This document shows, piece after piece, positions 13,290 through 26,897 of a stretch of DNA of 64,000 nucleotides. This DNA is from Squalus acanthias (taxonomy: Eukaryota). Both the position numbers and the translations under genes were made by a program. The notes beneath the pieces were generated by a model, which had not been told where the DNA came from, did no database searches, and saw nothing but the letters and a program-made list of their open reading frames with translations. The first letter of the stretch is position 1, and the number at the start of each line of letters is the position of its first letter. The stretch spans positions 82,462,001-82,526,000 of the forward strand of contig CM059432.1 in the NCBI GenBank assembly GCA_030390025.1. Reading direction: 5' to 3'.

Positions 13290-13382
13290 ATCATGATGTC
13301 CAAAATGTTGTGCCAATCCAATCAGAGGTGCTCAGCACATACATCCATAGATAAATAACGCTCTATTTTCATAGCAACTCCA

Positions 13383-13870
13383 GTTCACCAGACTGGTTCC
13401 TGGGATGGGGGGATTGTCCTATGAGGAGAGATTGAGTAGACTAGGCCTATATTCTCTAGAGTTTAGAAGATTGAGAGGTGATCTCATTGAAACATACAAA
13501 ATTCTTACAGGGTTTGACAGGGTAGATGCAGGGAGGATGTTTCCCCCGACTGGGGAGTCTAGAACCAGGGATCACAGTCTCAGAATAAGAGTTCGGCCAT
13601 TTAGGACTGAGATGAGGAGAAATTTCTTCACTCAGAGGGTTGTGAATCTTTGGAATTCTCTACCCCAGAGGGCTGTGGAGGCTCAGTCGTTGAGTATATT
13701 CAAGACTGAGATTGATAGATTTTTGGATATTAAGGGAATCAAGGGATATGGGGATAGTGCAGGAAAGTGGAGATGAGGTAGAAGATCAGCCATGATCTTA
13801 TTGAATGGCGGAGCAGGCTCGAAGGGCCAAATGGCCTACTCCTGCTCCTATTTCTTATGTTCTTATGTTC
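13383..13870 (+). mobile_element. CR1 3' fragment
   Basis: [32 protein letters not shown]...GIKGYGDSAGKW followed by the 3' tail. Confidence 0.9.
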
Positions 13871-14984
13871 ATCTCATCCCCTTGGAGGAGACGGTGCTGG
13901 CCATTCTCAGCAGGGGCATGGCTGAGCCCTTGGCCAGCAATGGGACTGAAAGGATACAAGATGCAGGTATCCTCATACGTTATCCTCCTCCTGGCCTACT
14001 CCTGCTCCTATTTCTTATATTCTTATGTTCTTGTGTAACTCTCCAGCCTCAGCACTGCATTTTAAAAGTGGAGGTTTATCAGTCAATTTCGTACTTTCAG
14101 CAGCCCGTGATTTTCTGTCTATTAATTTACTGTTGCCAATGTTAGTGGATGAATGCTCAATAACAATCTTTTATCTGCTACTTTAGCAGAGGTGTTAACT
14201 CATTTAAAATAAACAATTTAATGCCTCTATTAAAATAGCAGACAACAGAATATCATACAAATGTGTTACGGGTTTACCTGCTAAAATCACGAACAATTAA
14301 TAAATTAATTCAGGCCTATCGTTTTAATAGAGGATTTTCACTACTGCTGCCGATGCCAGCATATCTCCACTTTCAGGAATTACTGAGAACGTCAAAAAAC
14401 AGGCAGGCGACTGTAATCCACAGACAGAAAATTATGATCTCAGGTATGCGTCTTTCCTTGAAGGCAGAAAAATTGGTTGGCCTGCTGTTTATCCTCTTGA
14501 ATAGAGAATTATACAAGGTAGAGTGACCGAATAAGGAAGGGAAATAAATAAATTGCAATAAAGAATATGAGTAAAGTAAAAACAAAACACAACAGAGTGT
14601 CATGTAAAAAATTGCTTTTCCTCAAATGTTGAAGATGATAGTGTTCTGTATGTTGAAGCTGCTGAAGACAGTCAGTTCACATAAAGCACTAAGGAAGGAT
14701 CAAACTAGTAACTGGTTTCAACATCAGACTGCAGTAAACATCCAGGCACTGAACTGTGAGTCTGAGCACCAGCAGCCAATTTCTTTTCTCGCAGCATCCA
14801 ACAAAAACGTGTTACCCTCACAGAAGATGGGGGAATCTGCAGTTTGACTCATCTGGAACTACAATGTTGTGCTTGAGCAGGGTCTGTTTGTTTTATCTAC
14901 AACACGGCAGGCAGCTCTGTGACTGTGAAGCAGGCATAGCACAATTTCAGACACAGAAGATTCAGTCTGCTTTAAGTTACTACA

Positions 14985-16731
14985 ATCTGCCAGCCTCCCC
15001 TGGCCAGTCACGTCGGACGGAACTTTCTGGGGGGTCAGCGGGCGGGATCGGTGGTGCGTCGGGTGGGAAAGTGGTTTTTTTGGACAGCGGGTTGGGACCC
15101 TGCTGTCAACCTGCCGCCACGCATCTTTCCCAATGTCGAGTCTGTCAGCGCTGAGCAGACCCGACAGGCAGCGGCGGGGGACCCAATTAATCTTATTAAC
15201 ATCTAGTTGACAGATGATTAACAGGCTTTTTAACTTAGCTTTCACTTTAACTTCATGGCCAAGGGAACCAGGCTGTTCGGGGACCACAGCTGTCAACCTG
15301 AGGCGGGAGTTCAGTGGCCATTGCTCCAGCTGATTATTTGACAGCTTCAAATGTACACAGCCGCAAGCTGTATCTCAGTCCATTTCCAGCACAGATACTG
15401 CAGGCTTTCCACTTTACACTCTCCAACCACTCTCACCTCATTGGAAGAACTCTCTCACCATTGACAGAATGCTTCTGTCATCTCTACTTCACCTGCCATC
15501 TATTCCATCAACATGGGTGCCCTTTATACTGTCTCATCTTGGTCCTCAGAATCCAACTACAATCAGCCCCAACACCAGCAGCACCAGGCACACCAGCAGC
15601 ACCAACAACAACACCAACCTTCTCCGCAATTACCTGATGCTGCACAGGACAGAGGGCATCAGCACCCAACCACATTGCTGCCTGGGAGGCCAGGGATGGC
15701 CTCACCATGGCCAGATTTACTTCACTTGATGCTGTACACCCTGGCTGCCACATGATGCGCCAGGTTGGCACCACCCCACACCAACACCATAAAGCATCCC
15801 TACGATATCCAAGCCATTCCTTTCACACTCACCACCATTGTGGGGGGTACCGTTATGTCTCACCATTCACTGCAACTCACTAAGCCACCTCCAAAGGTGC
15901 ACACAAATCTGTCCAAGATCACAAAGTGTTTAAAATAAAGGTTTCAATGTTTGACACCACATTAACAGAACATGAACATTGGATGAAACACCCAAGTGAC
16001 TACCCTTGTATGTTGTTAGTTGGTATGATTTGACTAGGATGAGGGCGAGTGTGAAATGGGGATGTGATAATGTAGATAGAAAGGGATGGGTGGAGGTGCA
16101 AGGTAAGTTGGTGTGAGTAAGGATGTGCAGGGGTAGGGTAGGGAAGGCAGAGTGTTGGGGATGTGATGAGTGGCACAGCAGGATGAGGTTGAGTGTGGCT
16201 TTGTACTAATGTTTTGTGATCTAATGAGATCATTGAAATGTTTGCGCCACTGCACCCAGGTCCTCCTGACCACATCTCTGCTTGTGCCCTCCTCTGCAAT
16301 GTGCAACCAGGCTGTGTTGGTCTCCCAGGGAGGTCTCTTCCGCCCATCGGAAGGGAAGAGGACCTCCCTGAGTGCTGTGACTCCCTCCGTTATCATAAGA
16401 AGGGAGACATGGGAGAGCTTGGGTGCAGCCGTGCACCTCTGTGCAGTGCTTGTCAGTGTTTGCAGCACCTAAATGCTGTGGAACACTTACAACACAAATG
16501 TCAAAATAAAGTTGGCCGTGGTCCCTTTTAGGAAACCGCCTGATGACGCGTCATCAAATGACGTCACCAGACCTGCTTCCTCTAATTGGCCCGGCAAACG
16601 CGCTGGGCAGGCTTAACAAGCCCTATCAACGGAATGTCATTTCACAGAGTGGGATGGAGCCAGCAGTGGGCTCGGGACCTGCCACCGACATCGCCCGCCA
16701 CGGACCCGCCAAGGTAAGTAAAATCGCGGCC
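14985..16731. mobile_element. Internally deleted Harbinger related to 29023-33193
   Basis: 15513 MGALYTVSSWSSES + Q/H-rich stretch matches the N-terminus of the 29562 transposase; Myb exon-1 remnant on minus strand (REVLFPSDGRKRPP..AWLHIAEE..TWVQWRKHFNDL); right TIR AAAATCGCGGCC. Left end approximate. Confidence 0.8.
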
Positions 16732-17310
16732 GTAGTCATTGTTGAATAAGCATTAGAAGCTATAGCAATTAACTGCTGCAGGAAAAACTAAATTCAAAAT
16801 TAATCAGATATTCCTTCAATAAAAATGCTCTCAAAACATAATGGCCACACTTTTTAAAAGAACCCAGAAGGAGTATACCATGTACCTTCTATACACACTG
16901 GATTAAACATCTACTTACTGTATATAACCAAGGAAGTACACTTAATATTCTGAGACTGGTCAGCTTCAAAAAGCACTTCATTGACTGTGTAGCATTTTGG
17001 GACATTCTGAGGTCATGAAAGGCGCTATATAAATGAAAGTTCTTTCTTTCTTCATATAATTAATTCCTCTCAGTATATTAAACATTTCAAACACTGCATT
17101 GTTTCTTTTCTCAATCTCCTTTTTAACTCATTAAATAAATTTAGTTCTGCAACTCTCTCTCTTCGAGCCCTAATTCCTGAAATCCTCCTTATTGCTCTTC
17201 TCTGATCCCCCACCAATGCAGCCATGTGTTTTTGAAGGCGAGTTGGTCAAATGTGCAAACAAAAGTGGTAATTTTCTGACTACGTGCTTTTGACAGTAAC
17301 CTCGCCAGGC

Positions 17311-19249
17311 AGAACTGATACCGAGAGCGCAATACTGCAGAAAGCCTCGAGGAGTATAGACAGTGCAGGGGGGAAATTAAAAAGGAAATTAGGAAAGCAA
17401 AGAGAGGGCATGAAAAAATATTGGCAAGTAAAATCAAGGAGAACCCAAAGATGTTTTCTAAATACATAAAGAGCAAGAGAATAACTAAAGAAAGAGTAGG
17501 GCCGATTAGAGACCAAAAAGGTAACCTGTGTGTGGAGGCGGAAGACATGAGCATGGTTCTTAATGAATACTTTGTGTCTGTCTTCACAGAAGAGAGGGAC
17601 GATGCAGACATTGTAGTTAAGGAGGAGAGTGAAATATTTGATGGGATAAAGATAGAGAGAGAGGAAGTATTAAGAGGTTTAGCATCTTTGAAAGTAGATA
17701 AATCACCAGGCCCAGATGAAATGTATCCCAGGCTATTAAGAGAGGCAAGGGTGGAAATAGCGGAGGCTCTGACCATCATTTTCCAATCCTTTCTGGTTAC
17801 AGGCGTGGTGCCAGAGGACTGGAGAACTGTTAGCATTGTGCCATTGTTTAAAAAGGGAGAAAGGGATAGACTGAGTAATTACAAGCCAGTCAGCCTAACC
17901 TCAGTGGTGGGAAAATTATTGGAAAAAATTCTGAGGGACAGTATTAATCGTCATTTAGAAAGGCGCAGATTAATCAAGGACAGTCAGCATGGATTTGTTA
18001 AGGGAAGGTCGTGACTGACTAACTTGATTGAATTTTTTGAGGAGGTAACGAGGAGGGTCAATGAGGGTAGTGTATTTGATGCAGTCTACATGGATTTTAG
18101 CAAGGCTTTTACAAGGTCCCACATGGCAGGTTGGTCAAAAAAGTAAAAGCCCATGGGATCCAAGGCAAAGTGGCAAGTTGGATCCAAAATTGGCTCAGTT
18201 GCAGGAAGCAAAGGCTAATGGTCGACGGGTGTTTTTGTGACTGGAAGACTGTTTCCAGTGAGGTTCCGCAGGGCTCAGTACTAGGTCCTTTGCTTTTTGT
18301 TCTATATATCAATATTTTAGACTTCAATATAGGGGGCATGAATAAGAAGTTTACAGATGATACAAAAATTGGCTGTGTGGTTGATCGTGAGGAAGAAAGC
18401 TGCAGACTGCAGGAAGGTATCAATGGACTGGTCAGGTGGGCAGAAAAGTGGCAAATGGAATTCAATCCGGAGAAGTGTGAGGAAATGCATTTGGGGAGGG
18501 CTCTCAAGGCAAGGGAATACACAATAAATGATACTGAGAAATGCAGAGGAACAGATGGACCTTGGAGTGCATGTCCACAGATCCCTGAAGGTAGCAGGAC
18601 ATGTAGATAAGGTGGTTAAGAAGGCATACGGGATACGTTCCTTTATTAGCTGAGACATAGAATATAAGAGCAGAGAGGTTATGCTAGAACTGTAGAAAAC
18701 ACTAGTTAGGCCACAGCTAGAGTACTGCGTACAGTTCTGGTCACCACATTACAGGAAAGATGTGATTGCACTGGAGAGGGTACAGAGGAGATTTATGAGG
18801 ATATTGCCAGGACTGGAGAATTTTAGCTATAAGGAAAGATTGGATAGGCTGGGGTTGTTTTCTTTGGAACGGAGGAGGCTGAGGGGAGATTTGATTGAGG
18901 TATATAAAATTATGAGGGGCCTAGAGTGGATAGAAAGGACCTATTTCCCTTAGCAGAGAGGTCAATAACCAGGAGGCATAGATTTAAAGTAATTGGTAGA
19001 AGGATTAGAGGGGAGTTGAGGAGAAATGTTTTCACCCAGAGGGTGGTGGGGGTCTGAAACTCACTGCCTGAAAGGGTGGTAGAGGCAGAGACCCTCATCA
19101 CATTTAAAAAGTACTTGGATATGCACTTGAAGTGTTGTAACCTACAAGAGCTGGAAAGTGGGATTCGGCTAGCTAGCTCTTTTTCGACCGGCGCAGACAC
19201 GATGGGCCGAATGGCCTCCTTCTGTGCCATAAAATTCTATGATTCTATG
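17311..19249 (+). mobile_element. 5'-truncated CR1 LINE (~1.9 kb, decayed RT)
   Basis: [43 protein letters not shown]; ends ATTCTATGATTCTATGA. Confidence 0.92.
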
Positions 19250-20829
19250 AACTGTAAATTGGAAATTCACATGCGTGCTGCACACGACTTTCCAACTATT
19301 AATTAGATGGCCATGCAGAGTACTGGACGAATTTTTGATATGCACAAAGTTGGAAAATTTCCTCTACAATTCCAAATATGGCCTCACAAATTACCTGTTG
19401 TATAGGCTCGAATAATCCAGCTTGATTTATAGTCAAATACGCGTGAGATACATCTCACCAGGCATGTGCGTGATTGATTAATTTTGGCAGTAAAAGGTGA
19501 AATGTGTCATTTTCAAGACATGCGCTGATAACTAAACAGTTCGATGAGTTTCCTTTTATTTTAGAGAAAATGTGCGTTATCATTTCACTGACCGCGAATA
19601 TCTCAGAGGAAAAAATATAGATCGATGTCAAGAACCTTGGACTCAGAATATTGCTTTTGATGCTAGGAATGATTCTGCTTCATGTATTTTTAAAATATTT
19701 AAATGAACAACTGTACCACCAACACTTGAAGTTGCATTAGATTTGTTGAAAGCCAGAGCTGAAAAAGCACGAAGCCATGTGAAAAGCATTTGCCACTTTC
19801 AGCAAATAAAGCAGTGCATTTGTGTGATCTGTGAAAGGAATGACTGCAACTGAAGCAAATTTTAATATTTAGTCAGAAAGGAACACCAATTATGGGTAGA
19901 GAAATTTTGTTTGGTCAATTCCTTGTTCAGTGACTTGTCAAATTAGCAGTGAAAAATTGAGCATACAAAAGGCAACTGATAACAAAGCAATGCAAATAGC
20001 AGGCTTGGAGAAGATGTTCAATATTATAGCTGGACATAATACTGGCTGTAGTATTGACAACTATTGTACATTACTGTTGGAAATGCCACAGAGAACTGTG
20101 TTGCCTTATGCAATTTGCAAGGGAGAAGACATTCTGCATCACTTTGACAATTGCCGAGTTAATATAATGAAGAGATGCATGACAACTGGCATGCTCTGCT
20201 AGAGATTGGGAGAGTAAAGAGTTATGACACTTAACGTTGGATCCAGTGCTAAAGTTATCGGGGAGATTTTCTTTCCGCCTCCCCCTGCACCAGTACTGGA
20301 TAGGAACAGAGCACCCAAAATGTGCTGCTCCTGTACAGATCCAGTAGCACTATATTTCCTGTCCTGTGCCTAGTGTCAGCAGAAGGGGGGAGTTATTTTG
20401 AACACAGCTGCAAGTCTCTCAAGCTGCTGAGATCAGAGTCTTCTGAGGATGAAGATCAGGAAGTACAAGGCCCTAATTGCATTAAGCATCCTGGGGAGTG
20501 GAGAAAATTAAAATGTTCACTTTCTCATCTTTGACCTGCTTCTGGACCCCTGCCGTCCCTCCAGTCGTCGCATTCAGGTAGCACCAGGTTTCACTAGGAG
20601 CCCCTATGCTGGGGCATTGAGTGAGCGGAGTCCCAGGAAAATTAGGCAGGAAGCTGGGAACGCCATCCCACCTCATTTGCATGCCTATGTGGGCATTCAG
20701 TAGGCACAGCTTGGCCATTATTGCCAGGGGACAAAGGTCAGGAAAATCAGCCTCTTACTGTGTACTACACCCAGAAAACTTATTGTATGCATTTTGTATG
20801 AAAAAAGTGATATAGTTATGAAGACCATG

Positions 20830-21590
20830 ATACAGTTATGAAGAAATAGATGTGTAGGCCTAGATGTGATGGGGACTTGGGCTCGTGACTGGCAAATGAA
20901 GATTAACTTAGAAAAGTGCAGTTTTTTGTATGTGAGCAGGGCAAATGCTGAACATACATACACCCTTCATAGAAAAGTACTAAACTGGAGAAAGAGATCT
21001 GGGTGTTCTAGTTCATAGATCTCTAAAGGTTCATGAACAACATCGTGGAGCTATAGCTTGAGCGAATAGGGTGCTGGGGTGAATTTATAGGACAATTCAC
21101 TTTAAGACAAAGCATACTATTTTGTCCTTGTACAAGATCTTGGTTAGGTCTCAGTTAGAATACTGTGTCCAGTTTTGGTCTCCTCACATGGTGGGTGATA
21201 TTGAGGCTTTGTAAAGGGTGCAGAGAAGGGCCACAAGATTCATTCCCAGTTTAAAGCATTAGTTATCAAGATAGGCTCAAAGAGCTGGGACTTTACATTT
21301 TAATGAAGCGTAGACTTTGGGGTGATTTGATCAAGGTTTATAAGATGATTAAGGGGATAGTTTGTGTTTGTGTAAACAACTTGCTTCAACTCAATAGGTT
21401 AGGGAGGACCAGGGATCACAATTTTAAGTTACATAAGGCCAGAACTAGGTTAGATGTCAGGAAGTCGTTCTTTTTCCAGAGAATAGTAGACCTGTGGAAC
21501 AAGCTGCCGGCTCATGCGGTGCACGCCGATGCACTGAATTCCTTCAAGCGAGAGCTGAATCTGATTGTGAGTTTGACATTGCTGTCATAA
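20830..21590 (+). mobile_element. Older CR1-clade 3' fragment
   Basis: KRRLWGDLIKVYKMIKG...RTRDHNFKL...FFFQRIVDLWNKLP. Confidence 0.75.
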
Positions 21591-21720
21591 GAACATAACA
21601 TAAGAAATAGGAGCAGGAGTAGGCCATTCGGCCCTTCGAGCCTGCTCCGCCATTCAATGAGATCATGGCTGATCTTCTGCCTCAACTCCATTCACCGGCC
21701 CTATCGCCATATCCCTTGAT
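21591..21720 (-). mobile_element. CR1 3' tail fragment
   Basis: Reverse complement of the CR1 tail (AAGAACATAAGAAATAGGAGCAGGAGTAGGCCATT). Confidence 0.8.
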
Positions 21721-22843
21721 TTGAGCATGTTCAGCTTATGCCTGCAGGGGAAGAGATAAACCATCCAATGAATGGTGAGTAGTGGAAGACGTAATGACAA
21801 GTTTAAAGTCTTCTGGAAGATCATCAAAACTTCCACACATCAGTATTTCCTTGTCTGGAAGAATAATCAAATAGCCCAGATATTTTCTCTCAAAGTTTCC
21901 AAATAGAATATTAGAAACTGCAAATTATATAGAAAGATATAGTATAGGATTTATACTTTAAATACCATGGTGCCCTCTAATGACTATGTCACCCTGGTCA
22001 AACCACTCATGAAAATGTAAGAACCCATCAATAGAATATCCTATATGCGCACTTGTGCGGCGTCACTAGAGCATACTATGGTGTAGAGTAGAATACTGAG
22101 ATTATCCCACTTGAGAAATGAACCTTTACAACCCACGTATGACTGTCATTCTCGACTGTAAGGAAATGGCACAGAACGGACAAGAGCTGTCACAAAACTA
22201 TTGTGAGAAAATGAACTTCTGCTATTGATATGAGAAACAGAAAAAAATAAGTGATGCAGGACCTTCAAAAGACAGGAGAAGATAAACCAACAGTTGTGGA
22301 ATAAAAAAGATAACAAATTACTAGCAAGATCACTTCTGTAAGAAAGATACATTCTTAATATCTATTTTCTTAAGATATTTATTCAGGATATCTCAGTTGA
22401 GCTGGAAAAATTGTTTAAAGTATAACAGATTCCTGTTCAGTGGTGGCTAATAAAGAAAGGGACAGAGAAAAAAGCTGGAGCTTCTGCAGACCTTTGAGGG
22501 GTGGAGATGTGGTAGGACGGGACATCCACCCTTGCTATGGAGAGCCATTAACCTGCCCACAATCCCAGGGACAGGGTCAAACGAAATGAAGTAGTTGTGC
22601 ATGCGCAGTTCCAGTGTTTTTTTGGTTGTTCGCTAACTAGGGAAAAAAATCACTGCTGCCGAACTGAGCCGCGTCAGGAAAAGCAAATAAAATTTAAAAG
22701 TTGAATTCGTGTTTCTATTGGCTTATGAAAGTTAACATTTAATAAAAAATCTGAGTTAAATAAAAGTGAAAAATTCAATGTTTTCTTTTTTAACAAAAAA
22801 GCCACAGCTTTGCGACTATTTCCGTGCCTCACTGCATTCCTGA

Positions 22844-22846
<3 letters not shown>

Positions 22847-22882
<36 letters not shown>
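22847..22882. repeat. (GA)n microsatellite
   Basis: Direct reading. Confidence 0.95.
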
Positions 22883-22886
<4 letters not shown>

Positions 22887-22970
22887 TCTTCATCTTCTCT
22901 GGGAATGAGAGAGTCAATGACCGAGGGGGGCTCCTGTGCCAGCAAAACTCAGCAAACATCCATTTTTATT

Positions 22971-23721
22971 GGCCCGGATTTTGCGGTACAATGACAGCGT
23001 ACGTCGTAAGCCTTGTAAAAGGCCCCGCAAGTTTGGGGTTTCCGCATGCGCTGCACATGCACGAAATGCCAGAACTTGCGATCTGTCAAGGTTCGCCTTG
23101 ACCGATCTACCGCACCAACCCAAAAATCACTTTCGCTGGCGCAGAGTTGAGCTATTTGCCCAACTACTGCCCAGAAAATGCCCACAAAACCCTTACACCT
23201 GGTAAAAGCAGGCGTAGGTCTTGCTTTCACCAGCGTAAGGGTTAATATAAATCTTAAATTAAAAATTTAAAAATAAAAAATCATGCACAAACATTTAAAA
23301 TTAGTTTATGTAAATTTTGGCCCAGATTAAAATGTTTAAAATTATTTTTCAAAACATTAATTTTTTTATTGTAAATGCTTCATTGAAGGGAATTTATTTA
23401 ATTTGGAGAATGGGAACATTAATTTTTATTCCAGTTGTATAAATTATTTAATTATTTGGAGATTCCTCAGATGCTTATGGGGATTCCGTCCGTAAATGGA
23501 ATCCCTATAAGCATATGAGGGATCCTCCTTTCTGATTGGAGAACCTGGCCCACGTGATCCCAGAGGCGCTTCTGAACCGCCTGCGTCCCTGGGATCCGTG
23601 GGCCTTTATGCAGGCGACGCAAGTCTTTGAAGCCCGGGAGCCTGAAGGTAGGTGGGTATTTTTTTTTAATCGGGTCGGAGGCGTACTCCAGAGATACGCC
23701 TCCGACCGCAAATTCTGGCCC
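22971..23721. mobile_element. Harbinger-type MITE (~750 bp) with AT-rich core
   Basis: TIRs GGCCCGGATTTTGCGG / CCGCAAATTCTGGCCC; flanks ATT/AAT. Confidence 0.75.
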
Positions 23722-25369
23722 AATATTTTTCTTCTCCTTTTCCCTTCACACGGAGCTTATTTTTTTTCTTCTCGTTGATTTATGCGCAGAATAGCTTCCG
23801 ATTCGTTGGCAGCAGTCACTCTGCTCAAATATTTGGAGTGGGCATCCTGCGTCTGTAGCAGTGCAACAGAGATATCCGTGCCACTGAAGAGGCCATCATT
23901 GGTGCAGTGCTGCTGTAAAAGCGGGCACAGGAAGCCCGAATCAGCTTTTCCTGAGTTGGTGGAATGCTCGCTGCCTGGGTCAATGACTAGTAGCATAAAG
24001 CTGGGGTCAGAATAATCCAATTTAGAGCTAAAGCTGTATCTCTGGATAAGAGGCATCCAAGGTGTGGAGAGAATGGGCTGTCTGTTAAGTTTGCACCAGC
24101 CTCATACACAAACATTCCACCATCTTCAATTAGAAACTTCTTCAATTTGAACAAATTGTATTTTGGAGTAATGCAAAAACCCTAACTTGAACTGTCCTGA
24201 AAATGCTAATCAGACATACACTCAAAATGACATGAACATGCTTCAAAAGTCATCAAGCTTACTTCCAATTATGCTTTGACTGGTAATTACGAGCCGGATT
24301 GCATGGCAAATTTTGGAATATTCTGGTTTCCAACTAACTGTCTAATTAATACATTAGATATATCGTAAAGTTCTGTCTACTTTGGCCAGTATGCCTCAGC
24401 CCCATCCTTCTACAGCACCAGCATGACATACCCTACACCAGCCATTCTTATGCCAGGACCCTGAGAGCTGGCAGAGAGAAGGAGCTTGCATCTTATTATC
24501 TGGGTTGGATCTGAGCCCGGGTACCAGAAAGGAAATGAAAAATTTCTAATCTACTGTGCCACTCATTTGCTGGGATCTAATGCACTCTTACAAGCTATTA
24601 TATTTACTGACATCTTGCTGATAAACTTGATAATATGATTACTGAAGCAGGATGATACGTAACTTATACCTGCTTTTTTTTTAATAGATTTAACATTCTC
24701 AAGGTTAAAGCTATTTATGCTGTTTATCTGAAGATCTCTGGCAAGACCTTGGAATGAAAAAAGATCAGTATCTGCATGGATTGTGTTTAGCATAAACAGG
24801 CTGTTATCTGCAGTACCTAGTGAGAAATACCTTCATTTACCATTTCTTTTTTCAAAATTAGAGACAGATTTGTGAGGGTTCACTGTGGCTGTATCACCAG
24901 CGTCTGACAGTTTTAGAGTGTGAAACACTTTAGAAAGGTCACTAATGTAATTCAGGTATAGTAATGAAGCAAAGGGGGGACTAAAGGAATGTATTTCCAC
25001 TAAGCTTAAAATAGATATTCAGCATTCAGAGAATTGCAAATCTCCCAATTGCAGAGTCTGTTTGCTCTCTTCACTTGCTTTATTTTCTTCATTTTACACA
25101 GATCAAAAGTACCAAGCAGGACAAATCAGTATAGACCTAGAGGACCCACATAAATGAAGACCCTTTGACACAGTTGGGAAAGGAGGCAAGACACTGTAAG
25201 GAATGCAGAGTAGATCCAGAAGGGAGACCACAGAGAAGGCAGTGGCCTAGCCAGCAGAAATAGAAGCCAGGAGGAATACAGGCAGCAGTCGACAGAAACA
25301 GAAACCAGATGGATTACAGAGGAGGCAGAGAGGGCCGTTGTGATATAGAGGCAGCTGCAAACAGACAAA

Positions 25370-26134
25370 GGGGGAGAAATTCGGAATAGCCCCGTTTGCG
25401 ACGCTAAAACTTTAAAAGTGAAAAATTAGCGCTAGGTGCTAATCATTCTCGCCTCCCATGAAATTCAGTTTTAGTGTTCCAAGAGGGAAGTGGAACGCTA
25501 AATCAAGTGCTAACCACTTCTCTTAAGGGGCTAAACTGTGTGAGAGGGGCAGTAGTGGCAGAGCGCTGAAGAATGTGCAGTGCAGTGCCATCGGCATCAG
25601 AGGCTCCTTCCCTCACTTAAAGGGAAGGGCCAATGATGGTTTGCAACATTCTTCGTCTTAGTTCTGTGGGGCCAGGGGACCTGCGCGACTTCCAATACAG
25701 CCCCAATCACTCTCAGAGAGTGGAGGGCTTAGGCATCGCGCAGCAATGAGGCTTCAAAAACTTTCAGCAGGCACCAGACTGGTGTGAAGAATAAAGTTTG
25801 GCCTATCTGACCACCACTACCTTTAATTACCGTTCCCCAAGCGGCCAGCCGAAGTGACAACGCCTCCTGTTGCTGCCGTTGTTGACGCCCAGCGATACAG
25901 CAGGGGGCGGGAGCGAATTTCACATCCGGGGCAGTAACGGGGCACTGCGCACTTGGTGACGTCACAATCTACAGGGCGATAAGTGTGGGTGGTAAGTGTG
26001 AGCGCCAGTGCAAAACCGCCAGGGAAGTTCGCGGGCGTCGCTGAATTCGCCACACCCGGTCGGTAACCCCTTAGCGCCCCGTTACCCCCCCACAGGCACT
26101 AACAGGAGGCGCAAAGCAGCCGAATTTCTAGCCC
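25370..26134. mobile_element. Harbinger-type MITE (~765 bp)
   Basis: TIRs GGGGGAGAAATTCGG / CCGAATTTCTAGCCC and TAGCGC subterminal repeats; TSD not clean. Confidence 0.7.
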
Positions 26135-26897
26135 TTAAAGCATTTTCCAAGCAAACCACAGTTACTATCACTCAATGGATAGGGGAGGAACAAGAGAAAT
26201 GAAGGAAAATTAAAGAAAGGAAAATGCACAAAAGAGGCCAGCTAGAATAATAAAATGTACTGAAAAGATCACAGTTTTAAGGGATTTCCTAATATGCAGT
26301 GAGCTTGTGCTGGATAGTGCAGTAAGAAGCATCTCCAGATGGTTCACATGAACCATGAACCACTCTAAGCAGATGGTCTCAGTGCACAGCTCTGTCATTA
26401 ACTATTTTTTGTGTGAATAGTGCTTTTGCCATGTTAACGTTTTGTCTCAGTTTGACTTCAGCTTGCATTAACCAATTTGAAAAGCAATTCTGATTAATTA
26501 CGCATTGCAAGCAAAACACTGAATCAGCATTCTCTTCCAAATATATATAGATTTTCTTAAATGAGTTATCAACAGATTATTAAATACATATTTTGAGTGC
26601 ATAAATCTGAGTCATTAGTGAAAGTGAAATATTTATCCAAAAATTCAGCTTTAAGGGGAACTATAGCTATTTAAGTGGACATGTAAAACCTCAATATCAC
26701 TTAGGAAAAAGCTGTGTTCTTACTGGTTATCAGTCAGAAGAGATTAAATGTCAGATAAAATTTTGTCCTTGGAACCTAATATTGATCAAATCCAAAAGAT
26801 GAAAATGAAGGTTGTTCCAGCTAGCAACGAAGGAACCTCTGTTATCCTGTCTGTCAATAGAGGGAGGCTCACATCTGACTGTCCCTTAAGACTGACT

